This document shows, piece after piece, positions 29,203 to 39,987 of a DNA stretch of 64,000 bases (positions are counted from its first letter, which is position 1; each line of letters starts with the position of its first letter). The stretch spans positions 14,130-78,129 of the forward strand of contig CAWHXY010000001.1 in the NCBI GenBank assembly GCA_963833575.1, read 5' to 3'. Source of the DNA: Candidatus Bathyarchaeota archaeon. Lineage in GTDB: Archaea; Thermoproteota; Bathyarchaeia; Bathyarchaeales; Bathycorpusculaceae. The position numbers were made by a program, and so were the translations under genes. Under the pieces are notes generated by a model. The model worked only from the letters and a program-made list of their open reading frames with translations. It had not been told where the DNA came from and did not search any database.

Positions 29203-29712
29203 ATGGTTCGACCGCAAGACCGAAAATTCGTGACCGCAGACCCTGACAAATGCATCGGCTGTTGCGTCTGCGAATACGCTTGTAGCATGGTTAACGAAAA
29301 AACCTTCAATCCTACTAAATCACGAATACGTGCAATGCGCATGGGTCCACTAGTAAACTTGGCAATAACATGCCGACACTGCGAAGAACCTGCATGCGTA
29401 GCAGCTTGCCCAAGAGATGCACTCACCCAAGAAGAAAACAGCGGAATTATCCGTGTTGATGAGAACGCCTGCAACGGCTGCGGATGGTGCATTAGTGCAT
29501 GCCAATTTGGCGCTATGAACATGCACCCAGAAAAGAAAATCGTATTCACATGCAATAGCTGCACAGACAACGAAACAAAAGAGCCGCAATGCGTCAAATG
29601 GTGCCCAGAAGAAGCATTAACATATGTCAGCGCAGAAACATTGGCACAAAAGTACAGGCAAAAAGCTGTCAAGAACCTATTCCAAACCGCAGAAACCAAC
29701 AAACAAAAATAG
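29203..29712 (+). CDS. 4x[4Fe-4S] DmsB/HydN-like electron-transfer subunit, partner of AOR
   Basis: Four CxxCxxC...C motifs; starts 1 nt after the aor stop. Confidence 0.88.
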   Translation: MVRPQDRKFVTADPDKCIGCCVCEYACSMVNEKTFNPTKSRIRAMRMGPLVNLAITCRHCEEPACVAACPRDALTQEENSGIIRVDENACNGCGWCISACQFGAMNMHPEKKIVFTCNSCTDNETKEPQCVKWCPEEALTYVSAETLAQKYRQKAVKNLFQTAETNKQK

Positions 29713-29962
29713 ACTTTAAAGGCTTAATATTTTAGCCTTTTTAATTATGTCTTCAACAATACTCTTAGTATTTGGTCTTGGTTAATTTCTATCCTTGGCA
29801 ATTGGTAGTATTTTAGTCAGTTTTACTTGATTTACTTCACTTTTTTTCTTTTTTGTGGTAAATAGTATCTTTTTTTGGTTTTTTCCTTTTTGGTAAAATT
29901 ACAGAAATTATATTAGCTGAAAATGATAAACCACCCCCCATAAACTTTAGGAGAAAAAGACA

Positions 29963-32590
29963 TTGAAAATATTAGAAAGTAAAACTATAGCTATTTTGAT
30001 TGCAGTATTCATAACACTTTCTATGGCAGGCTCAATGATACTTTTGCCAAGTGCAAATGCGCATTCACCAGCATGGCAAGTTCCGACTTATTCTTTCTGC
30101 AGTGTTTCACCTAACCCCATAGGCATCGGGCAAACAGTCAACGTGAACTTCTGGGTTAACATACCGCCGCCAACAGCAAACCAACAATTTGGTGACAGAT
30201 GGCAAAATATGACCGTTGTAGTTACACACCCTGATGGAACCACTGAAAAACTTGGGCCATTTACCTCAGACGATACTGGAGGATCACATACTACATATAC
30301 ACCAAATTCACTGGGTAATTATACTTTCCAAATGATCTTTGGCGGGCAAACATTAGCAGGTGCCAATCCATCTTTAACTGGCACAACTAGCGTATTTGTC
30401 GGTGACTATTTCCAACCGAGCCAAAGCAACGTATTCAAGCTTACTGTGCAGCAGCAAGCAATAACCTACGCAGGTGTATCTCCACTTCCCACAAACTACT
30501 GGACTCGCCCAATATACGCAGAGAACACTAACTGGTACTCAATTGCTGGAAACTGGCTTGGTCTTGGCATATCAACGTTTGCTAACACTGGAATGTACAA
30601 TGCAAGCGCAAACTACAACGCCTATACTAATGCACCAAACACGGCTCACATTCTATGGACTAAGCCTGCAGCGTGGGGAGGTATTATCGGTGGAGAATTC
30701 GGAGGTTCTGAAATAAGCAACTATTATTCAACGTCACAGTATGAGCCAAAATTCGCACCAATAATAATGCAAGGCGTCCTCTATTACACTCTGTATCCCG
30801 GAGCTTCCAGTTACCCCGAAGGCTGGGTTGCTGTAGACTTACACACAGGACAAACTCTATGGACAAAAAATACTACTGAGATCTTAAGATGCGGTCAGCT
30901 ACTCCAAATGGTCACCCCTAACCAGTACGGAGCCCTTGCATACTTATGGAGTAATCCGGTTGGAAACCTTACAGCTGGCTCCAGTCGCCCAGGTGTATTG
31001 GGGTCTTTAGAGATGTGGGATGCCATGACCGGGAACTACATACTTACTATCACTGGCGTTCAAACAATGACACTTACAGAGGACAACCAAGGTGACTTGA
31101 TAGGCTACTACACTAACAATACTGGAACCAGTCAATCGCTGACTATGTGGAACTCAACACTATGCATCAATCTAAATATACCCAGCAGCAACAACAACGG
31201 AGTTCCTCTTGCAGACAATTGGTATTGGCGACCTGGAACAGGTGCACAAATGCCATTTGCAAAAGGAATACAATGGTCAGTCCCGTTGCCAAATAACATT
31301 TCAGGCGTACCCCTAGTCTCTCCTTCAAGTGGACTCTTAGGTCTAAGCGTTTCCGCAATCAACAGCAACACAGTACTATTAGTAGAAGCATTAAGTGGCA
31401 TTACAAATGCTGGGTACCAAGCAGGATGGCAAATAGAAACAGGCTACAACGCGGCAACAGGTGCACAGTTATGGGCGCCAATCAACCGAACCGAAACACC
31501 CTTCTCAATCATATACACAGGCAGCGTTTGGGCTGGAAGCGGAGCATACGTAGAATTAACCGAATCAACTCTGTCAATCGCAGGCTATAGCTTGACTACA
31601 GGTCAACAGCTATGGGGACCAATAGCACTTCCAAACGTTAGTCCATTCAGTTCACTGGGTGCAAACGCTGTCGTTGCAAATGGCTCAATCTACATTTGGG
31701 GCTACGGAGGAGACGTTTACTCTTTCAATATCGTTACCGGAGCATTAAACTGGCAATATCATACTCCAAGCGGCGGTTATGAGTCTCCCTACGGAGTTGA
31801 ACCAATATGGACATTCACTGTAGGCACAGTCGCTGACGGTAAACTCTTTGTTCCGGAAGGACATATGTACAGTCCACCGCTATTCCACAATGCACAACAA
31901 CTAGCACTCAACACCACTGACGGGAATCTTGTTTGGAGTATTGATGCTTTTGATGTTACAAGTGCACCAGCCATTTCCGACGGAGTTATGACCACTTTAA
32001 ACGCCTATGACAACCAAATATACGCTTACGGCAAAGGCGCTACCAAAGTTACTGTCACAGCCCCCGGTGTCGGAATCACAACTTCAACACCAGTAACAAT
32101 CAGCGGTTCAGTAACTGATATCTCTGCAGGCGCAACACAACAAGCAGTAGCAGCAAATTTCCCCAACGGACTTCCAGCAGTCTCTGACACAAGCATGACG
32201 AATTGGATGGAATATGTTTACATGCAACAACCATTCCCAGCAAACACAACTGGTGTACCCATTTCAATCGACGTAATCGACTCCAATGGAAATTATAGAA
32301 ACATCGGTAGCACAACAAGCGATGCAAGCGGCAAGTTCTCTTTCACTTGGACACCTGATATTGCAGGTCACTATACTGTAGTCGCCAGTTTCCATGGTTC
32401 AGAATCGTATTATTCATCCTATGATGAAGCATTCTTCACCGCAAGTGCATCACCAACCGCATCTCCAATCGCGACATCAGAGCCTGCATCAATGGCTGAT
32501 ACATACTTAATTCCATCAGTCGTGGCCATAATCGTCGTCATCATAATAGTAGGCGCGGTACTAGCATTGATGATAAGGAAACAACCATAG
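29963..32590 (+). CDS. PQQ-like beta-propeller surface protein with signal peptide and C-terminal TM anchor
   Basis: Signal peptide ending ANA, 'P.PIG.GQ', 'PLPT.YWTRPI', 'HILWTKP', blade repeats, 'NAYDNQIYAYGKG', TM helix and RKQP tail; AGGAG RBS. Confidence 0.88.
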   Translation: MKILESKTIAILIAVFITLSMAGSMILLPSANAHSPAWQVPTYSFCSVSPNPIGIGQTVNVNFWVNIPPPTANQQFGDRWQNMTVVVTHPDGTTEKLGPFTSDDTGGSHTTYTPNSLGNYTFQMIFGGQTLAGANPSLTGTTSVFVGDYFQPSQSNVFKLTVQQQAITYAGVSPLPTNYWTRPIYAENTNWYSIAGNWLGLGISTFANTGMYNASANYNAYTNAPNTAHILWTKPAAWGGIIGGEFGGSEISNYYSTSQYEPKFAPIIMQGVLYYTLYPGASSYPEGWVAVDLHTGQTLWTKNTTEILRCGQLLQMVTPNQYGALAYLWSNPVGNLTAGSSRPGVLGSLEMWDAMTGNYILTITGVQTMTLTEDNQGDLIGYYTNNTGTSQSLTMWNSTLCINLNIPSSNNNGVPLADNWYWRPGTGAQMPFAKGIQWSVPLPNNISGVPLVSPSSGLLGLSVSAINSNTVLLVEALSGITNAGYQAGWQIETGYNAATGAQLWAPINRTETPFSIIYTGSVWAGSGAYVELTESTLSIAGYSLTTGQQLWGPIALPNVSPFSSLGANAVVANGSIYIWGYGGDVYSFNIVTGALNWQYHTPSGGYESPYGVEPIWTFTVGTVADGKLFVPEGHMYSPPLFHNAQQLALNTTDGNLVWSIDAFDVTSAPAISDGVMTTLNAYDNQIYAYGKGATKVTVTAPGVGITTSTPVTISGSVTDISAGATQQAVAANFPNGLPAVSDTSMTNWMEYVYMQQPFPANTTGVPISIDVIDSNGNYRNIGSTTSDASGKFSFTWTPDIAGHYTVVASFHGSESYYSSYDEAFFTASASPTASPIATSEPASMADTYLIPSVVAIIVVIIIVGAVLALMIRKQP

Positions 32591-32840
32591 CTAAACATAA
32601 ACAAAAACAACTTTTCCCCTTCTTTTTTGTTATTTAAAAAAAGTAATGATTCTATTCTTTTGTTATTTTCAAATATTTTTAAATAATATATTGTATTTTG
32701 ATTTCAAAATAAGACTTTATTTGTAAGAATTCGAATTGTTTTATATCAAAATAGAGCTTCGGACTTCTAATGATGCGCAAATCTTATAAACAAACTGAAC
32801 GAACAGTGATTCTTATAAACTTAAGGAGAAGAAAAGAAAA

Positions 32841-35501
32841 ATGAAAATGCTAAAAAGCAAAACTATGGCTATTTTGATTGCAGCATTTTTAACAATCTCT
32901 ATGGGAGCCTCAATGATACTATTACCCAGTGCAGGCGCTCACAATCCTCCATGGCAAATTCCAACATACAGTTTCTGCAGCGTTTCGCCAAATCCAGTCG
33001 GCGTAGGTCAACAAATTAACGTTAACTTTTGGGTCAATGAACCACCGCCAACCGCAAGCGCACAATACGGTGACAGATTCCACAATATGACAGTTGTTGT
33101 CACACACCCTGACGGAACAAAAGAAACACTTGGTCCGTTTTCATCTGACGCTACCGGAGGATCACATACAACCTATACACCATCCGTTATTGGTAATTAC
33201 TCCTTCCAGTTTGTCTTTGGTGGAGATACCATAACAGACGAGAATCCAGCAACTCCAATAACTAATCCATCTCAACACAGCGCTTCTTACCTTGACTATT
33301 TCATGCCCAGCGTAAGCAACGTATTCACTCTGACAGTTCAGCAAGAGCCAATAAGCTATGCAGCAGTTGCTCCACTTCCAACTCAATATTGGACACGTCC
33401 AATTTATGGCGAAAACAACAATTGGTACTCCGTTGCGGGAAACTGGCTTGGTCTAGCAGCATCAACCTTTGCCGCAACTGGAATGTACAATGCAACTGGA
33501 AACTATAACCCATATACTACAGCACCAAACTCTGCTCACATTTTGTGGACCAAACCTGAAGCTTTCGGTGGCATAATTGGCGGAGAATTCGGTGGCAGCG
33601 AAACAGGAAACTACTACTCAACTTCTCAGTACGAACCAAAGTTTGCGCCAATCATCATGAACGGCATACTATACTATACTCTATATCCAGGAGCTTCAAC
33701 TTATCCAGAAGGATGGGTTGCAGTAGACCTGCACACTGGACAAACCATATGGACAAAGACAGAAGCTGAAACCAACAACGAAGTTCTAAAATGCGGACAA
33801 ATACTCAACGAAATCACACCTAACCAATATGGAGCAGAAGCATACCTATGGTCAGTACCAATATCAGCAGCTGGCTTCATGGCTGGTGGTTCTTACATGG
33901 CCATGTATGATGCAATGACAGGACAATGGATACTCAACATCACAGGCACACCTTCCATGACACTTGTTCAAGGCACGTATGGCGACTTAATCGGCTACTA
34001 CACAACTACAGACTATGCGACAGGCAATAACTACCTGAACATGTGGAACTCTACCGCATGCATCAACTTGAACGTAGCTAACTACGGCGGTGGTGCAAGC
34101 GTTCCAGATCAATGGATGTGGAGGCCACCACAAGGAGCACAGTTAAACTTCAACTTAGGCGTACAACATGACTCTCACTGGCCAGCATTAATGCCATCTA
34201 ATGACAAAACAAACAATGCCACGTTAACTGTTATGACAAGCATGTTCGGCATGGTGTTCCCATCATACCTACTAGGCATCTCAGCAATACAGAGCGGCGT
34301 AATATTTGCATCAGGAACATCAAGTACAGGATTCGCTTATACACCAGGATGGTATGAGGAAGCAGGATTCGACCAAGCAACTGGAGCACTTCTATGGGGA
34401 CCGTACAACGTATCTGAAGTACCATATTCCATCATTTACACCGGAGGAAACTGGGCAGGAAGCGGTGCTCGTATAGAACTCACTGAATCCTCACTATCAG
34501 TCACAGGCTACAGTCTAACCACAGGCGCAAAACTATGGGGACCAACAGCACTACCAAACGTTAGTCCATTCAGTTCGCTCGGTGCAAACTCAGTTGTCGC
34601 TAACGGCATAGATTACATATGGGGCTACGGAGGAGACGTTTACGCCTACAACATTGTTACTGGCGCTCTATTGTGGCAATATCACACACCATCCGGTGGC
34701 TACGAATCACCTTACGGTGTTGAACCACTATGGACTTTCAGCGTCGGAACAGTCGCTGACGGCAAACTCTTTGTTCCTGAAGGCCACATGTACAGTCCAC
34801 CACTATTCCACAATGCACAGCAACTAGCACTCAATACCACTGACGGAAGCGTAGTATGGAGCATGGATGCTTTCGACGTTACAAGTGCACCAGCTATCTC
34901 TGACGGTATCATGACGACACTTAACGCGTATGACAACCAAATATACGCATGGGGCAAAGGACCAACCGATACCACTGTTAGCGCACAACCATACGGATCG
35001 GATATAATGATCAGCGGATCAGTAACCGATGTTTCCGCAGGCGCTCAGCAGGACGCAGTTGCAAAGAACTTCCCCAATGGTCTTCCAGCAGTTTCAGATG
35101 CAAGCCAAAGTGCATGGATGGAATACGTATACATGCAACAAACACGTCCATCAAACGCAACTGGTGTTCCAGTTACCCTAAGCGTCATTGACTCAAACGG
35201 CAACTTTAGAGATATCGGAAGTGCTACAAGCGACTCAACCGGCAAATTCAGCTTCCTATGGACACCAAACATTTCAGGCAAATACACAGTCATCGCAACA
35301 TTCGCAGGTTCAGAATCATACTATTCATCATATGATGAAGCATTCTTCAACTCAGCCGCAGCAACACCGACACCATCACCATATCCAGTGACAGTTCTAC
35401 CGCCCACTGAAATGTACATTGCAGCAGCAGCAATCGCAATCATCATTGCAGTGGCTATAGTCGGCGTCCTAATGCTGATGGCAATCAAAAAACGGGCATA
35501 A
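32841..35501 (+). CDS. PQQ-like beta-propeller surface protein, tandem paralog
   Basis: Colinear with 29963-32590, sharing long near-identical blocks; TM helix and KKRA tail; AGGAG RBS. Confidence 0.88.
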   Translation: MKMLKSKTMAILIAAFLTISMGASMILLPSAGAHNPPWQIPTYSFCSVSPNPVGVGQQINVNFWVNEPPPTASAQYGDRFHNMTVVVTHPDGTKETLGPFSSDATGGSHTTYTPSVIGNYSFQFVFGGDTITDENPATPITNPSQHSASYLDYFMPSVSNVFTLTVQQEPISYAAVAPLPTQYWTRPIYGENNNWYSVAGNWLGLAASTFAATGMYNATGNYNPYTTAPNSAHILWTKPEAFGGIIGGEFGGSETGNYYSTSQYEPKFAPIIMNGILYYTLYPGASTYPEGWVAVDLHTGQTIWTKTEAETNNEVLKCGQILNEITPNQYGAEAYLWSVPISAAGFMAGGSYMAMYDAMTGQWILNITGTPSMTLVQGTYGDLIGYYTTTDYATGNNYLNMWNSTACINLNVANYGGGASVPDQWMWRPPQGAQLNFNLGVQHDSHWPALMPSNDKTNNATLTVMTSMFGMVFPSYLLGISAIQSGVIFASGTSSTGFAYTPGWYEEAGFDQATGALLWGPYNVSEVPYSIIYTGGNWAGSGARIELTESSLSVTGYSLTTGAKLWGPTALPNVSPFSSLGANSVVANGIDYIWGYGGDVYAYNIVTGALLWQYHTPSGGYESPYGVEPLWTFSVGTVADGKLFVPEGHMYSPPLFHNAQQLALNTTDGSVVWSMDAFDVTSAPAISDGIMTTLNAYDNQIYAWGKGPTDTTVSAQPYGSDIMISGSVTDVSAGAQQDAVAKNFPNGLPAVSDASQSAWMEYVYMQQTRPSNATGVPVTLSVIDSNGNFRDIGSATSDSTGKFSFLWTPNISGKYTVIATFAGSESYYSSYDEAFFNSAAATPTPSPYPVTVLPPTEMYIAAAAIAIIIAVAIVGVLMLMAIKKRA

Positions 35502-35523
35502 AAACGCACACACAAAAAACAAC

Positions 35524-35550
35524 TTTCCTCTTTCTTTTTTATTTTTTTTT
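35524..35550 (+). terminator. T-tract terminator
   Basis: caaaaaacaac followed by tttcctctttctttttt; nearly the same motif follows the preceding paralog (~32602-32630). Confidence 0.6.
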
Positions 35551-35747
35551 GAAATTTTAAAAACTAAAGCTCTACTTCACAAATTTTCCATATCTGCAAC
35601 GGAATTTCATTTTTCTTAGTTCCCTTCTTTTCAAAACTTAGAAAAACATTTAATCAAATGCGAGATTTGTTGAAAATATTTTGCTCAATTGGGCCACATA
35701 GACCCTTTTGGTAGGTGCTGTTCCAACCGCTAAAAACCTAGGCCGTT

Positions 35748-37805
35748 TTAAGGTTGATTTCTCATTATTGCACCTTTGGTGTAGGGCACGAACTCTCTAA
35801 TCTGCTCAATTGATGTTTTTCCAGCTTTTTCCCGCTGATCCTTAGACAGCTTAAGAACTAGAGACTTGAGGATTTGCTTTAGAAGCTCTTTACTCTGAAT
35901 ATCACCCGGCAAGAGGACAACATAGGCTTTGGTTTTAGCTTTTACAGCATCCACGGGACCGCCAACAAAAGATGTTTGGTCACTGACGATTATTCCGACC
36001 GCAGTTCTAAGTGGCATGTTCCGCGTCCAATTCCGTTTCCCAACAACTGCAAAAGCGCCATGTGGAACCGATTCGCCTGAAGGGCCACTTTTGCTTAGCT
36101 GATCCACTTTAACCCAGTAAACGTCCGCAGAGCCAGCGTTTTCGCGCCAAGCTCGTGAAAAAGATGCTGCGTACTCGCCAGCTTCGTGCAACGTTTGATC
36201 ACTTATGGTTTTACCTTCGGCTTTAACAACCACAAATGGGGCGCCAGAAATTTCCGCGTGAAACACAACGTCCTCTTGGTCAGTATACTTCTTTACGAGT
36301 ACTTCGTTGCTGACCGTGTCTTTTCCCGCGACCACTAAAAAACCATCAGAAGAAATGAACCATCGAAACTTTTCATACCATTCCTTGTTTTCTCTCTCTA
36401 ACTTTCGTTTAGAGAGTGCTTCTATAATTTCCGCTGGTTTGAGACTTTTCAACTCTTCCGCTTCATTAAGCTCTTTCTCAATTTTAGCTAACTTTTTCTT
36501 TGAATCCTCAAGTGCTATCAATGCGCCCCCAGATTTTTGCTTAGCCCTCTTCCCTTTTTCATAGTATTCGTTAGCGTTCTCAAAGAGCGAGTGTCTTAGG
36601 TTCAAGCTAAACTGACAATTATCCATGCAAAGGTTCAATGCAAGATTTTTGCCGTCAAACGATTGAATATACGCTTCAGGTATGCTGCCAGTTTTTTTAG
36701 CTGCTAATGCATCATTGATTACAATATTCCAGTCTTTGCCATTTCGGTTTGCGCTTAAAAGTTTGTTTTGGAATGTTTGCAGTTCGTTGAAGTGAGCATA
36801 AATGGTGTCGCCGATCAATTTGTCGCGCTGCGATTTTACTTCATCTTCATGTATGGATTTTTCCTGGTCAACGACTATTCGTTTTAGCCGTTCGGCTTCC
36901 TTCTTTAATTTATCAACTTCAACAGCATTAACGGCTCTCTCTGCCACAGTAACCCTTAGATAAAACTCATCTAAAGCCCGATTGAAAGTCTCATAAACCT
37001 GTGTTTTGAAGCCTTCATAACGCTTAAGTCTGAGGGGCACAACATCCAAGAAGTCGTCATCTTCGCCTAAAACTATGCATGGCTCTAAATGCATGTTTGA
37101 AATGGGTGAAAGTAAACTTTGAACCGCTTCAAAAATACCCTTAACTTCAATTTCTGTCAAGGTGTTGCAATGCTTGGTTTTTTCAACGTTAGCTCTAAGA
37201 AGGATTTCTTCCGCGTAAACTCCACCAACTCCCAAAAAACGCGCTATGGATCTAACAACTTCTGTTTTACCCGCGTTTTTGAGGGCATCTTCCAGTTCAG
37301 GTAGGTTTACTTTGAAGGGATTTTTGCTACTTGAAGGGGGCAACTCAAGAACGACATTATGGAGAATGTCTCGGTCACGCATTTTTTTGAACGCTAAGGC
37401 GTGAATGATTACGTTTTGCTCGTTGGTTATTATGATGTTGCCTTCGCCGAAAAGCTCTATTACCAGTTTTAACAAGCCCGTTTTGGTTCGAAAGCTAACT
37501 GTTACTATTCTTTCAAACTCATACTGGTCAATACCTGCTACCCACGCATCTCGCAGGTATTTTCTGAGGGTCATGCAGAATGCGGGCGGTTCAGTAGGGT
37601 TTTCTTCAGCGTAACCAGTGGTGTGCAATCTTCTACCTGCTTCAATTACGAGTCGTATCGGAGACGTGTCTGTTTTGTGCAATTTGAAAATTACTGTTTT
37701 TTCGTCGAGTTGGTAGATGTTGTTCACTCGGGAATCAGCGATTAATCCTTTTAGTTCTTGGATTACCGCGGCGATATCAAAGCTTGAGAAGTCTTTCTTA
37801 CGCAA
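35748..37805 (-). CDS. rqcH: Ribosome quality-control factor RqcH (NFACT/NEMF homolog)
   Basis: NFACT-N 'F.M.LRKYL', 'ERIV', 'ELFG.GN', coiled coil, NFACT-R 'WYEKFRWF.SS.G.LV..G.D..SNE'. Confidence 0.9.
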   Translation of the reverse strand: MRKKDFSSFDIAAVIQELKGLIADSRVNNIYQLDEKTVIFKLHKTDTSPIRLVIEAGRRLHTTGYAEENPTEPPAFCMTLRKYLRDAWVAGIDQYEFERIVTVSFRTKTGLLKLVIELFGEGNIIITNEQNVIIHALAFKKMRDRDILHNVVLELPPSSSKNPFKVNLPELEDALKNAGKTEVVRSIARFLGVGGVYAEEILLRANVEKTKHCNTLTEIEVKGIFEAVQSLLSPISNMHLEPCIVLGEDDDFLDVVPLRLKRYEGFKTQVYETFNRALDEFYLRVTVAERAVNAVEVDKLKKEAERLKRIVVDQEKSIHEDEVKSQRDKLIGDTIYAHFNELQTFQNKLLSANRNGKDWNIVINDALAAKKTGSIPEAYIQSFDGKNLALNLCMDNCQFSLNLRHSLFENANEYYEKGKRAKQKSGGALIALEDSKKKLAKIEKELNEAEELKSLKPAEIIEALSKRKLERENKEWYEKFRWFISSDGFLVVAGKDTVSNEVLVKKYTDQEDVVFHAEISGAPFVVVKAEGKTISDQTLHEAGEYAASFSRAWRENAGSADVYWVKVDQLSKSGPSGESVPHGAFAVVGKRNWTRNMPLRTAVGIIVSDQTSFVGGPVDAVKAKTKAYVVLLPGDIQSKELLKQILKSLVLKLSKDQREKAGKTSIEQIREFVPYTKGAIMRNQP

Positions 37806-37977
37806 AGTTTACACATCAACTGTCGAATCTATATGGTAATAGACTATAAAATAACCCTTTCACTTAAAAACCACTAAAATCAGAAGGCTGATGCTTTTTG
37901 ACGGGAGAAACGATTAATATCTAGGCACCTTTTTTAAGTAAGAAGAAAAATATACTCAGCCAAGGATTAGATTCGGC

Positions 37978-38277
37978 ATGACCCCTATAGCTCAACTTTA
38001 CTGGATAAGAGTCGCGTTAGGTATAGCTGCGGGAGCAGTAAGTGCAGTAGTAGCTTTTTTACTTAACAATGCAAGTGACATTACTACTTTCGTTAACGCT
38101 TTTACAATAGCCTTGATAATTTATTTAATTTCATATTACATTTTCAAGGCGCTATTCAAAAACAAAATAGAAAAACAGTCAAAAATACTCAGCACAGCCA
38201 TAGCCGCTTACTTTTTCAGTTGGTTACCATTCTTCGTATTGTTCTACACGGCAATATGGGTAGCGACTGGTCACTAA
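37978..38277 (+). CDS. Small 3-TM protein resembling EMC6/Rab5ip family
   Basis: 'LYW.R..LG..AG' first helix, 99 aa, final helix 'YFFSWL.F.VL.YT'. Confidence 0.55.
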   Translation: MTPIAQLYWIRVALGIAAGAVSAVVAFLLNNASDITTFVNAFTIALIIYLISYYIFKALFKNKIEKQSKILSTAIAAYFFSWLPFFVLFYTAIWVATGH

Positions 38278-38290
38278 ACCAAAAGCAATA

Positions 38291-38752
38291 TTATTCTGAT
38301 TTGTCTTTCTGAAAGAAATTTGCGATTGTAGCTTGGCTTTTGTCACTTCTTACGGTTTCTATTTTTTCTTCTGAAGGTGCAGCTTTATTATTTGTGTTTT
38401 GTGGGGCTTCAATTTCCAAGCGTGTTAAGATTCGCATGCAGTCCGCCCAAGCAGAGAAGTATCCTCGGTCAAAGTCACCATGTAAGCCATTTCGCATGTG
38501 GTCAAGGAACTCTTTGCGATACGCATGTAAATTCACTTTGTCACTTAAATCCAATTTTGCAAAGAATGCGTAATCGTCGTTAACATTTTTTCGTGACAGA
38601 TACATTCCGTATAAAGCTCGGAAGTACCCTCTGTTCCAGTCGGTTTTCTGCATTTTTTGTTTGACTCGTTCCAACTCTCGCTCTGCTTCAGTGAATTGCC
38701 TACTAACTATGAGTTGGAAGTAACGTGAAACCAGGGCTTGTGGTATTGGCAT
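38291..38752 (-). CDS. Conserved hypothetical helical protein downstream of radA
   Basis: 153-aa ORF starting 2 nt after the radA stop; internal repeat 'W/F.RGYF.A'. Confidence 0.7.
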   Translation of the reverse strand: MPIPQALVSRYFQLIVSRQFTEAERELERVKQKMQKTDWNRGYFRALYGMYLSRKNVNDDYAFFAKLDLSDKVNLHAYRKEFLDHMRNGLHGDFDRGYFSAWADCMRILTRLEIEAPQNTNNKAAPSEEKIETVRSDKSQATIANFFQKDKSE

Positions 38753-38754
38753 GC

Positions 38755-39825
38755 TTAGCGTCCACGACTTTTACTTGCTTTCTCGGCTTTTTCCTCTTCC
38801 GAGACATCTTCTATTCCGTTCTCCGTGACTTTAAGTATTTCCTCTCCTTCGGGCAAATATGGGCTGGAAACTAGTCTTGCAATTCTTATTGGTCCGTGAG
38901 GTGCTCTGCGAAGATAGATACGAGTATGGCTTGTGTGGCCAACGATGTTTCCGCCGATTGGGTGGATTGCGTCGCCAAAGAATTGGTCGGGTTTTGCCAT
39001 CACTTGGTTAGTTACGACCGCTACTGCATTGAATGCTCTGGCCAAAGCGATTAGTTTATGCATATGCTTGTTAAGTTTCTGCTGTCTTGAAGCCAACATT
39101 TCTCTTCCGAGATATTCACTTCGGAAATGCGCTGTTAATGAGTCAACTATAATTAATTTGATGTTGTTTGCTTTAATTATTTCATCAGCGTTCTCAAGAA
39201 GGAACATTTGATGGTCTGAAGTGTAGGCTTCAGCGTAAATGATGTTTTTCACCACTGTTTCAGGGTCTAGACCTAAAAATTTTGACATTTGTACTATTCG
39301 TTCAAGCCTGAAAGTGTTTTCCGTATCTACGTATAATGCTGCACCATTTAATCCTCCGCGTTCGGGCGGAAGTTGAACGTTCACGCATAATTGATGACAC
39401 ATTTGGCTTTTTCCACTGCCATACTCACCATAAAATTCTGTTATCGTTTGCGTTTCTAAGCCGCCATCAACGACTTTGTCTAAGGCTTTACTGCCTGTGC
39501 TCAAACGAAGAACGTTTTTGCGCATTTTGAAGAGTTCATCTGCACGGATAAACGAAATGCCTATGGCTGAACGTGCCGCTTCTATAATTTGAAAAGCCTT
39601 TTTCTCACTCACTCCGACCGGTTCTAGTTCGCGTGAGGTCGCCATAGCTAAAGACTCGACAGTGTGGTAGCCAAGTTCGCGAAGTTTCTGGGCTGTAGCG
39701 GGACCGACTCCTGGCAAGTCTTCTATGAATTGATATTTTTCCTTGTTTACTTCAATTTCTGATTTTTGAGTTTCAGGTTCTTGTTCTCTCTGATCTTCAG
39801 CATCTTCTTCAGTCATTACTTCCAC
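38755..39825 (-). CDS. radA: DNA repair and recombination protein RadA
   Basis: HhH 'LPGVGP.TA.KL', Walker A 'GEYGSGKSQ', 'DTENTFR', 'IVDSLT.HFR.EY.GR', 'RIARLV.SP.LPEGE'; no intein. Confidence 0.95.
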   Translation of the reverse strand: MEVMTEEDAEDQREQEPETQKSEIEVNKEKYQFIEDLPGVGPATAQKLRELGYHTVESLAMATSRELEPVGVSEKKAFQIIEAARSAIGISFIRADELFKMRKNVLRLSTGSKALDKVVDGGLETQTITEFYGEYGSGKSQMCHQLCVNVQLPPERGGLNGAALYVDTENTFRLERIVQMSKFLGLDPETVVKNIIYAEAYTSDHQMFLLENADEIIKANNIKLIIVDSLTAHFRSEYLGREMLASRQQKLNKHMHKLIALARAFNAVAVVTNQVMAKPDQFFGDAIHPIGGNIVGHTSHTRIYLRRAPHGPIRIARLVSSPYLPEGEEILKVTENGIEDVSEEEKAEKASKSRGR

Positions 39826-39987
39826 ACTTGGATGATGAAGTAATGTCTGGGATATTTAAAACAACCGAAGATTAGGGTTAGTTGCTCAGTGGAGGGGTGA
39901 GTGAAAGTGAAGGTTGACTTTGATGTCTATGAAATCTTTTTGGTAGAAGGGTTAACTAATTTCAAATAAAAAGTTTGAGGATTTAGG

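Noticed and set aside
29963-35501. Diversity-generating retroelement target/template pair
   Set aside because: No reverse transcriptase in the window, and differences between paralogs are mostly synonymous changes or indels rather than adenine-specific.
35572-35635. Second inverted RBS/start mimic after the third beta-propeller gene (MKFRCRYGKFVK*)
   Set aside because: Similarity is limited to purine-rich sequence plus aaaaATGAAA, there is no flanking stem, and it is explicable by pyrimidine-rich terminator sequence.
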